NCBI GenBank assembly: GCA_022813965.1
Contig: JALDZS010000122.1
Location: forward strand, 54,408 to 74,407
Origin: Toensbergia leucococca
Taxonomy: Eukaryota
DNA length: 20,000 nt
Direction: 5' to 3'
The translations under genes were made by a program, and so were the position numbers. Below are positions 1-9,602 of the stretch, one piece after another. Under the pieces are notes generated by a model. It worked only from the letters and a program-made list of their open reading frames with translations, searched no databases and was not told where the DNA came from. The first letter of the stretch is position 1; every line of letters begins with the position of its first letter.

Positions 1-1161
1 AGATAGCCCAATCTCCTGGGGTGAAAGGTCTCGCCCTGTTGGAGGTTCGGCTTGGGCAAAAATCGGATAGAGCGAGTTGTAAGAGATGTTCGAGAGCTGA
101 AATATTAGGTACGTCGAAAGAAGAAGTATAGTATCTCTACTGAAGACTTGTGAACGTGTAAGGTTTGTAGTATGATGAGGAAGCAATGTTGGCATGGAAT
201 TCTGGGACTCTGCATCCGAATTAGTTTCGTCTTCGCCCTCTTCATTCATGGCGGCATCTCCGTGAACGTGTGAAGTCCCTTTGCTATGATCATCTCGAAC
301 CCTCAGATAACTCGGACGGGTAGAGCTAGCAAATTGCCAAGCCCAAGTGAACATATTCCCCACTCTCCTACCGAGTGGAGCCAAGTCCCTTGCTTCTTCG
401 AGGCTCTCCTCTAGGAAGATCATTGCTAAGATCAGATCAATCATCAATACTGCGGCTGAGACAAGGTTCGGCGGTAGATATGGATAGGGAGAGCGACCAT
501 GCTTCGAGACCAGTAATCCCCCTACTACAGGTCCGGTGATGCCACCTAAACCATATATGACTGGGAGGTAGGTAAAGGCCTTAGACTGATTACTCCGATC
601 CGTAATCTCCCCTAAGCACGTAGATACTACTCCTTGATTTCCATTTACCAATCCCATCAGAACCTGGACTAGCACCGCCTGCCACAACGTCCTGCAGAAC
701 CCAAAAGCAACGAAGCATATAGCCGTGAATAAAGTTCCCATCAAAATGACAGGTTTTCTTCCTATTCTATCCGAAAGCCAACCCCAGAAGAAGTTTGTGA
801 GAAATTGTGCTAGAGCGAACGAAGATGCAATGGTACCGACGTAGACTCCAACCTGCCGGGGATCTACCTCAGGAAATGTTGATGCCATTTGAGGCAGATA
901 AGGGCTTATGGAGTTGAGAGCGGTTTGCTCGCAGAGAGAAATGATTGCAAGTATGACCAGCTGCTTCTTAGGGAGAGGAGATTCGATGTGATTGGAGACA
1001 CTCGAGTCATGACGAGCATGAGATTGGGAGCCATCATTTGACGATGGTGGAGACAAGGATGGCGGCTGCCCTCGAGATTTTGGTGGAGGGGTAGGAAAGG
1101 TTTGATAATGTGTCGTAGAAGATTTCCGTCGGTCCATGCTTTGATGCTTTGAGCGCTTCAT
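1..1161 (-). CDS. MFS transporter (DHA1-like, yeast YCR023C / plant ZIFL-type); 3' end lies outside the window
   Basis: Uninterrupted frame from ATG at 1161 to the window edge; absent from the ORF track because no stop is reached. MKRSKHQSMDRRKSS...PLPKKQLVILAIISLCEQTALNSISPYLPQM...FFWGWLSDRIGRKPV (MFS motif A)...NGNQGVVSTCLGEITDRSNQSKAFTYLPVIYGLGGITGPVVGGLL; many hydrophobic segments. An in-frame Met at 1137 is an alternative start. Confidence 0.92.
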   Translation of the reverse strand, partial: MKRSKHQSMDRRKSSTTHYQTFPTPPPKSRGQPPSLSPPSSNDGSQSHARHDSSVSNHIESPLPKKQLVILAIISLCEQTALNSISPYLPQMASTFPEVDPRQVGVYVGTIASSFALAQFLTNFFWGWLSDRIGRKPVILMGTLFTAICFVAFGFCRTLWQAVLVQVLMGLVNGNQGVVSTCLGEITDRSNQSKAFTYLPVIYGLGGITGPVVGGLLVSKHGRSPYPYLPPNLVSAAVLMIDLILAMIFLEESLEEARDLAPLGRRVGNMFTWAWQFASSTRPSYLRVRDDHSKGTSHVHGDAAMNEEGEDETNSDAESQNSMPTLLPHHTTNLTRSQVFSRDTILLLSTYLIFQLSNISYNSLYPIFAQAEPPTGRDLSPQEIGLS

Positions 1162-1718
1162 AGTGCAAAGTCCGTACGGAAAGGAATTGTTGATGATAGC
1201 TTGAAGACAATGATGCTCAGCAGAGCTCAGAGACAATCTATTCCTCAGTCATAAGAAACATGGAAGTCGGCGGATCCTTCGACATCGATCAATTGGAGTG
1301 CTTTCACGTGAGTATGAGGTTGTCTCCTGCGCTTCATAGATTTGACCACAGCCGGGTAGACCATCTCGATTTAGAGAAAAAGACAGGAGAATAGGTAAGA
1401 AGTAGGCTGTCAAGGTATCGTGTATGATACGAAAGTGAAAAACTGCTCTGAGATCTTTGTCGGTCACCATTCCCCTTCCGGATTATCAGATCACTTTAGG
1501 CTCAATATGGACTAGCTCGGTTTTATCAAACGCTCTACGCAAAGATAATCTAACCTGACCCTTGAGGCCTTGACCAATCCCTACATAAGTCCTAAGCTAC
1601 TTTAGCAATTCTTTCATTGCCCAATCTAATACTAGACAAAGAGAGGTCTCCAGGTTTCTCAGCGCTACGGGCCTAATAGTCCACACGAATAGTCCTCTTC
1701 CATGATAATTCAAAACTT

Positions 1719-3958
1719 TCACTCCTGTGATCCTAAGAACAGCTTCTTTAACTTCCTCTCCTTTTCGTCTTCTAGAAAGCGGTCGAGTACAGCTTCGTCT
1801 GGGTCAAAGAGCTTACCTTGGTAGACCTCAGGAGGTAGGAAAGCACAGCTCTCTCGTGTGGCCGCAAGGTATTGGCAGACATGTAAGTGTAAAAAGATAG
1901 CTACTCTTTGATTTCCTTTTTCTGTCAATCTCCACTTCGTCGGCGAAGTGTTCTCGTCGAGAAAGAAATCTCGTGTTACCAAGTCCTTGTCTTCTAGGTC
2001 CAGCCAGCCAGAGGTGTCCAACCAAAATACAGACTTATCACCGTCAGCTCGAAGCTTGTTCACAACCCTTTGTGTTGATTCTTCAAGTTGACCATGGAAT
2101 GGTCTCATAATAAAAATGGGAATCGAGGCTGGTGCTGTGCTTAGAGCGAAGTCCGAATATATTGGTCTTTCGCTGAGAACAGTGACCGGATGCTTAGGGT
2201 AGGCGAGTGCACGAATAGCTTTGATGAGAGAGACATAGGTGGCTTCAAAGCGCTCAAGTAGATCAGACTTGGGCTCAGTATATTCCGACTCATGAGCCCC
2301 AAACGAGGCAAAATCGGAGGCGCCGAGGTTGAAAACCTAGGGATCGTTAACAAATGAGAATATACAATTCACACATTACTCTAGCTTTCACTCACTAAAA
2401 CGTCGGGGATGTATCCAGAAAACGCCCATGGATGCTCAAAATACGCCGAGCCATGAGGGCCACTGAGACATTGATGAGCTTCTCATTCGCGTCTCAAATA
2501 TCCTGCTCTAGAAGTTAAGACGAAAAGTAAAACTGACCTGCGAAAAAATACGTCTCCAATACCGGACGGCTGGTCAATACCCCCAATGCAGTCTTGTGTG
2601 AGACACATTCCATCCACTCCAGTTCTGACATGATCAACTGCGTACATCTCCCCGAGTAAGTACTCCCAGCCCATTACGCCAGCCATTAGACCATCTGTGC
2701 CTCCTTTGCGTTTCCCCCTATTTCTGCTACTCAGCCAACCTGGAGAATCAGTAACGACTTCGAGGACCTTGTTTCGATCTTGAAGTATTGATAAGGCATC
2801 ATCCTCGATATCGTCTATGATGGTTTGATCGGTTTTTGAACGGCTCTTATCCCTCAAGATACCACTGAGACCAATTCGATGCTTCTCCCCTACCTGATCA
2901 TTCCCGGACGATAGCGAATCCTCATTCTCGTATTCTTCGCTTAGCAGTGATCCTTTGACTGGCACAAGCTTCGCACCTGTACTCAACCAAATCCCTTCCA
3001 ACTGGATAACCCCCTTCCCATGATCGTCTGTCATGGGAGCAACTATTCGAACTTGATGCTCCGCGTATCTATCCAGGTTATTTGAAGATATCGAAACCAG
3101 CATCGAGGAATTAGGCAACAGGACGTATTCTTCCTGGTCCACACGAGCTAACAAAGATATAGGAGGAGCTGATGTTTCTTTCTGCGGAACAGGACGGAAG
3201 GAGAAGTGACCAAGCTCCGAATGAGGAGTTGGGCTTGGAGCCGATGACATAGTACCTGTTGGGCCATTTGAGTCGTGGGTCTTCGCATTGTAAAGGGATA
3301 AAAGTAATGTGGTAGTATTTTGTATAGTAATGTCAAAGTATACGCCTGGAGGTAAGACATTTTAGCAAAGGAATAATGTCGATTGTCGATGTCTTTTTGT
3401 TGTGACCTACCGGGAAAGGTCCCATCCTTGCGTAATCGATTTGGAGTAGCCGTCCATCGACCAATATACTACTCAATATTAGATGAGATACCTTTAATGG
3501 GGCAGAAAGAGGTTCACGTGGATCTTTGGATTATTTGCTGGAAAAAACTGTAGGCCCTGCATCTCCAGACCTCCAAAAAGCTCCCTTCTGATTCCGTTGG
3601 CGCTGACCTTTACGTTTCCCAACTCTTGTCTACCTCCACGGATCCACCACAGGAATGACACCATCAACAATAGCATGATCCATAGCGCTTTCTTCATAAT
3701 CACACGTGTGACAATCCACCTGTAAAACCGCATGTAGTCTGATCTGGGTGGTCTTCGCGGTGTGAAATGCATAGGGCCACCATACGGTGTTGGTGGCTTC
3801 AACCCAGCTGAACGAAAGGGAGAATAGGCTGTGGTAGCGAGTGGGGTGGCTAACGAGGAGGAGCTTGTGGTGCCTGGGTCAAGGTACTGAGGTGAGCCAG
3901 AAGGTAATGTTGATAGGTGCAGGTTGGGACGACCTGAGAATGGTGCTTTCTGCGGCAT
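1719..3958 (-). CDS. Type II membrane-anchored SGNH/GDSL-fold protein (CE2 esterase-like), about 663 aa, catalytic motifs degenerate
   Basis: Exons 3958-3518, 3468-3411, 3345-2538, 2462-2396, 2336-1719 sum to 1992 nt in frame, all with GT-AG introns. TM segment KKALWIMLLLMVSFLWW; IHYIGRW...TFPGVYF (CE2 N-terminal-like); LEVVTDS (block I); WAFSGYIPDVLVFNLGASD (block III); IFIMRPF. Confidence 0.75.
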
Positions 3959-4386
3959 CGTTAGAAGAACACTGAATTGGGAAGCTTCAGATCAGCCTTG
4001 AAATTGGAGTATTAATTCTTGTGAGATGACGATTTACAAAGAGTGAATTAGAAGCCTATTAGCGAGAATGTGTTTTTAGGGCAGGAACACTTGACAGACA
4101 AAATAAGGAATATGTACTTTGCTCAGCAGAATCAAACCACTACACGCAAAGTCTCTATGCGTCCTGTGGATAGCTAAGGTAATTGTAAATGAACATACCC
4201 TTGTAATGTGCCTATCGTCCCTTTTCAACTCCGTCCAGCCAATGTAACTCCATCGGCTTTTCAGAGCCTTTTCTGTTACCCATGAAACCATATGAAATCT
4301 TACAAGATGCTTGGAGCTCCTGGTTTGTACCTCCAAGCTCTATGGGTAGGCAGCATTTCCTAGCTGTCGCTCCATGCATATATTCT

Positions 4387-5101
4387 TTATCTATCTCCGT
4401 TTGGACCGGCCGCCCTAAGCGCCAGAAACACACCCCATCCCAACCCAACGAGACTCCCCACAACGACTCTCCTCTCTACAGGCACGACTGTGAAGTTGAG
4501 TAGACTGACCAGCGGCCATAACTTGTATCCGGCGATCATTATCGGCCAGAAATTCTGTCCCGGCCCAATAATAGATTAGCTTTACAATTCTCCAAATCTA
4601 GCGGAGCAAATCTGCTACCAAGTCCTCAAAGTTTGAGATATGACCATGGCACAATGAGGAGTCCTCATTACGCCATTGGGGCACGTTAAAGAGGTGAAGG
4701 GCCAATCAATTACGTACCATTCTCACATCCTTCAGACAAGCCTGTAGCCCGGCACCTCTCAATGCCTGCACCCCTCCCAGCCAGAGCGCTGTGTTCACCG
4801 CCGCTCCCAATGTCTGGTCCAGAAGAAATTTCAGGCAGGTATTCCGTACATTAAGTTTCTCCTCAACGGTGACCCCTTTCCCTCCTTCATCGATATCAAT
4901 CTTTTTAAGAGCATAACCTGGAAATTGGCGTTCGAGAAGTTGTTGAAAGAGATAATTGGGGGGTGTAGAGAGGATAGTGAATACAAGGATAGGGATAAGT
5001 GGAGGTGGAGGGCTGTTGGGGGAGAGAAGGCGAGCGATAAGGGAGGAGGCGAGCGAAAGGACGGCAGATTGTAACGTGGCGGTTTGGAGTGGAGTAAGCA
5101 T
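4387..5101 (-). CDS. Mpv17/PMP22 family membrane protein, about 183 aa
   Basis: Exons 5101-4718 and 4554-4387; intron GTACGT...GCTAAT...CAG. Motifs KFLLDQTLGAAVN and NFWPIMIAGYKLWPLVSLLNFTVVPVERRVVVGSLVGLGWGVFL are typical of the family. Confidence 0.9.
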
Positions 5102-5493
5102 TGTGACTTGCGAGCGGGAAATTGGAGGCTTGATGATTTAGTGAAATTATTCGCTGACCATATTCTAATTCTTAGACGTTTGTATTGTGATGTTGTCAGG
5201 TTGAGGTTGCAGGGTTGTCAACATTGATAATTTCAGAATAAAACCTAGAATACTGCCGAAGAACACCCTCACACCCTAAGTACGAATGTTTGGCCATGGC
5301 CTTTCGAGAAAATTAGTAATCTTGACATATTGTAATCTCTTAGACATACTCTAATTCGCATTTCTATCTATCTAGCTTGATCTTCTAAGCAAAATGTGTC
5401 AATTCCCAATGCCTCCTCTTCATTCAATGTTGGAATGGTGCTGTCGTCAAAGAATTCCGGCAGTACACCTCGCAAACAAAAACACCTCAAATT

Positions 5494-6720
5494 CTAAAAT
5501 CTATCCGCAAAGTTCGCCGGGGGTTGAGTGGGAGGCCCTTCAGGAGTTACATAGGCCTAGTAGCCCGTTAGCTTTTCAACTTACGCAAAGTGACTCCAAC
5601 GACTGACCTTAGTCAAGCCACCGTCAACTACGAAATCGGTCCCGTTGACGAAGCTACTCTCATCGCTTGCAAGGAACAAGACTGCTTGCGCTTGCTCGAT
5701 TGCCTCACCAAAGCGACCGCCTGGGAAGTGGATCTCGCGGCGATGACGCTTAGCCGCGTCGTCTCCAAGCCAATCTTGTAGCAGTGGTGTACTGGATTCT
5801 CCATGTCAGTGTAGCTCTAGGTTTTTGGGATATGACGGGGTGGTACTTTAACGGTGCAGGACACAAAGAGTTGAATCGAAAGCCCTCCCTAGCATGTACG
5901 ATTGCAAGCTCTCTCGTCAATGCCATTACAGCTCCCTTGCTGGCCGTGTAGGCTAGCTGCGGCGCACCGCTACCAACCAAGGCGACCACGCTGGCAGTGT
6001 TAATGATACTGCCTTTTGTTTTCTTATGCTTACGCAAGCTGATAACAGCATGCTTGCTGCCAAACCACACACCTTTAACATTAATATTATGGGTTAAGTC
6101 CCAGACTTTCTCTGGAGTATCGATCGCGTCTGCATCGTCAGCATGCATAATGCCGGCGTTGTTGAACATAACGTCGACACCGCCCCAGGAGTCGACATGG
6201 TTAACTATGGCCTCAACTTCAGACTCTTTAGAAACGTCACACTTGATTGTCTCAATTTTTGGTGGATATCGAATAATCTCGTGGATTTTCGCAACGGCTT
6301 TGGCAAGAGCTGGTTCAGAGATGTCGGCCATCAACACGGAAGCTCCTTCGCGAGCGAAGAGAATAGTGGTCTCCAAGCCTATACCGCTGTTTTGAGGCCC
6401 TGCGTTAGTGATGAGGGAGAAAAGGTATCCTAATACATGATCGAATACTCATTGCGACTGAACAATGCTTGGGCCATCTTTGACTCGGGAAAAATCCAAT
6501 AGGCTCAAGACCTAAGACATAATTCGGAAAAGGTAAAAGGACGCACACCGAATCCAGTGAGCCGCAAGTCGTACAATTATGACAACGAGGAGGTTGTTTA
6601 TGCAACGATCAAAGACGTTAAGAAGCATTACATAAACTGAATCTCAAGAACGTACCCGGCAGCGCCAGTGATGATGGCATTCTTACCCTCAAGACGACCG
6701 CCGCGAGCGATACTACCCAT
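5494..6720 (-). CDS. Classical NAD(P)-dependent short-chain dehydrogenase/reductase, about 283 aa, resembling the glnA4-associated SDR type
   Basis: Exons 6720-6656, 6386-5847, 5791-5608, 5556-5494 sum to 852 nt in frame. Motifs TGAAGGIG, MAD (acidic residue suggests NAD), NNAG, NTAS, catalytic YTASK, CPAPLNTPLL, VDGGLTKAYVTPEG. Confidence 0.95.
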
Positions 6721-6927
6721 TTTCTCCGAACACAATAGAGATTTGTTCAAGAACAATTCAGAAAGATGAAATTCTATATGGCTCCAATCTGATCAGTAAG
6801 ACTATCTATGTCCCTCAGCAAGTGGAGACACGTAAACGAACGTCAGGGTAAGCTTATGACGAAGGATTGAGAAAGTCTTGCAAGATGATGAAGAATGAAG
6901 GAACGAGATGTGTTTACAATGGGATTC

Positions 6928-6934
6928 TTTTATA
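6928..6934 (-). promoter_or_regulatory. Putative TATA box for the SDR
   Basis: TATAAAA on the minus strand, about 210 bp upstream of the SDR ATG. Confidence 0.4.
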
Positions 6935-7069
6935 TGCGAATCACGTCAATGGGGTTAGACGAGCAAAGGGAGATGTGTCCCAACCTTGTGGTACTCCAAC
7001 TTCCCCACTAATTAATTGACTTTGCAGAGAATGCAGCAGAAATTGGACTTGCACAAGCACCAGTGAAGC

Positions 7070-7159
7070 TTATCAGGCTCTCTTCAGCCTCGTGGATAAA
7101 GGTAAAGGTGAAGGTGAAGATGAAGGTTCATGATGGTCTGCTTTATCGGAATTATTATC
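7070..7159. promoter_or_regulatory. Cluster of four GATAA elements (putative AreA/Nit2 sites) in the SDR/GS-like divergent intergenic region
   Basis: TTATC 7070-7074, GATAA 7095-7099, TTATC 7143-7147, TTATC 7155-7159; three fit HGATAR. Confidence 0.5.
7098..7127. repeat. Degenerate hexamer tandem repeat (RAAGRT)x5
   Basis: AAAGGT AAAGGT GAAGGT GAAGAT GAAGGT. Confidence 0.7.
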
Positions 7160-7435
7160 GTCGCTGTCACCTCGCGCGATACGGAGTAGTGTCGTAGGGC
7201 ATGAGCCCAAGAAATAAATATTTATACTTTTACCATATTCTAGGCGACACTAGTTTCCTGATCACCCGAGTCACCCCAGCCAATCTCAAACCTTGAATCC
7301 AATCACCCCCTCCTACTAGTAATACTCGCCGACCTACGGAATACTGCGATTCAACAACGGCTAGTATACGAGTATTCCGCCGAGCTACTCTATGCTCTCA
7401 ATCGTGGGTGGTTTCAATTGATTTGTCCTCTTGCT

Positions 7436-9172
7436 ATGGCTTCTGAAGTCACCCTCGAGACCCTCTCAGAGACTCTTCGCACTGATACCAAAGTTAAAGT
7501 TGCCGGTGTTGACATCGACGGTATTCTTCGGGGCAAGCTCATATCTAAGAAGAAGTTTCTTTCCGTTGCCAGTGATGGCTTTGGCTTCTGCTCCGTAATT
7601 TTTGGCTGGGATATGCTCGACCAGACCTATTTCAAGGAACTGAAGATCAGTAATAAGGAGAATGGTTACAGGGATATCATTGCTGTGCCAGATTTGACCA
7701 GCTTTAGGAGAATCCCCTGGGAAGATAATGTGCCTTTCTTTCTGGTTAGCTTCTTGGATCCCGACACTCACGAGCCTGTCAGTGCCTGTCCTAGAGGATT
7801 ACTCAAGAAGGCAGTCGATAAGCTCGAAAAGCATGGACTTGGGGCTATGGCCGGAGGTGAGCTCTATCACTCTATTTGGGGTGTTTCCAGCTATCGAGTC
7901 TTTGCATCTTGCTAATACTCTGTTATTCATCAGCCGAGTACGAGTTCTTCCAGTTCCGAGCGCCAGCCAATCCCAATATACCAGCATCGGAACGCAATTC
8001 CTCAGCTACAGCAACCTTTCTCAAAGAGAATCCAGTCGATTCTCTTCCTCCTCTCACAGAAGGCATGTTTGGCTATAGTCTGACGAGACCTGTACACAAT
8101 CAAGATTATTACTACGGTATCTTTGACGCTTGCGAGAGATTTAGATGCGGGATCGAGGGATGGCATACAGAGAGTGGCCCTGGAGTTTTCGAAGCGGTAT
8201 GGGGTGCTTCTGTGTGAGAGAACACTCACGGAAGTCCTTCCGCTGACAATATAATCTTCTCAATAAAAGGCTCTCGAATTCTGCGATATTAAGCAAATGG
8301 CAGACAAAGCCGGACTTTTCAAGTTGGTAATCCATGTCTTCCCTCCCACAAACTTCCCTTTTCCCAAGAAGACAACTGAAAGCTCCAAAAAGATACGTTG
8401 TCAAATCTACCGCTAGCAAATTCGGCATAACCCCCTGCTTCATGGCCAAACCGCGCCAAGGTCTCCCCGGTAACTCCGGCCACATGCACATCTCCCTCAT
8501 CGACCCCAGCACCAACAAAAACCTCTTCAACCGGCCCTCCAAAGACGAGCACCCTAAATACCCTGATCTCGCACACCTCTCGGACATGGGCCGGCACTTT
8601 CTCGCCGGTCTCCTCGACGGCCTTCCGGACATCATGCCCATCCTCGCCCCTACGATAAACTCCTACAAGCGCCTCGTCGAGAACTTCTGGGCTCCTGTGA
8701 CTGTTTCCTGGGGCCTGGAACACCGCGCCGCTTCCATCCGGCTGATCGCGCCGCCAACAGCTTCTCCAAAGGCAACGCGCTTCGAAATCCGTGTCGCAGG
8801 CGCAGACGCAAATCCGTTCTTAGTGCTTGCCGCCATCCTTGCCCTCGGTTGGCGGGGCGTGGAGAAGAAGATGGAGATTTCGCTGCCGCCGCTTGGGAAG
8901 GGCGAAGAAGTGGGGGGCGAGACGGATGCGGGGGTCAGATTGGCGAAGTCGCTGAAGGAGGCGAATGCGAGGTTTATGAGGAAAGAGAGTGTGGCGAGGG
9001 AGGTTTTTGGGGATGAATTTGTGGAGCATTTTGGGGGCACGAGGGAACATGAGGTGAGGCTTTGGGATGAGGCCGTTACTGATTGGTGAGTTCCATATGT
9101 ACCCCCTTTTGCTTTGAAATGGTACTGAAATGGTGTGATAGGGAGGTGAAGAGGTATATCGAAACCGTGTAG
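7436..9172 (+). CDS. Glutamine synthetase-like gamma-glutamyl-amine ligase (GlnA4/PuuA-type), about 486 aa
   Basis: Exons 7436-7856, 7934-8196, 8270-8322, 8393-9085, 9142-9172 sum to 1461 nt in frame. Motifs DIDGILRGK, PDLTSFRRIPW, CPRGLL, AEYEFF, HTESGPGVFE, FMAKP...GNSGHMHIS, NSYKRL, WAP, EHRAASIR, RFEIRVAGADANP, VTDWEVKRY. Confidence 0.95.
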
Positions 9173-9602
9173 CCTGTTTTTTTCCTCTCTCTTTCCGCCG
9201 ACCATGTCCATGTAAGCGAATGTGCCTGCTCTCTCATGCTGTCTTTTTTCACGCGTAACACCTGTAAAAATCCCGCGGGTTCCGCTATATTCACAAGGAG
9301 GGCGGCGGTTTGAGTAATGGAGAGTGGAAGGGATGGGACAGGAGGACGATGGGGGAGTGACATATGCAGACGTGTACGAGGTAATATATTTTGCAGAGCT
9401 CATGAGTTTATGTACCACTGATATCTAAGCTACTGAAGCACAGAAAGATGGGTCCATAAAAGCCATGAGAATTGCTACATTTTAGACTTGGGTGAGTCCT
9501 GGGACCTAAATGCAAACATATATCAGCACTCGTGTCCAGGCCAACGGGAACAAACCGAGGGGCGACGCAAGCCATCACGAAAAGAGAACGAACCTTGCCC
9601 AC

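Noticed and set aside
1249..1470. 73-aa ATG-initiated ORF upstream of the MFS gene (possible uORF)
   Set aside because: No recognisable motif; it probably spans the neighbouring terminator/promoter; the TSS is unknown and the length is compatible with chance.
5557..5584. Perfect GTAAGT inside SDR intron 3 as an alternative donor
   Set aside because: It would define an intron of only about 28 nt, too short, and would shift the frame of the AYVTP tail.
6387..6655. Stwintron in SDR intron 1
   Set aside because: No internal branch point plus AG that rebuilds a donor was found, and the [D1,2] phase would create an immediate stop.
8663..9418. 251-aa antisense ORF (also 8141-8641, 8319-8723, 9510-10013, 15986-16504)
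   Set aside because: Shadow ORFs of GC-rich coding exons with no independent motifs.
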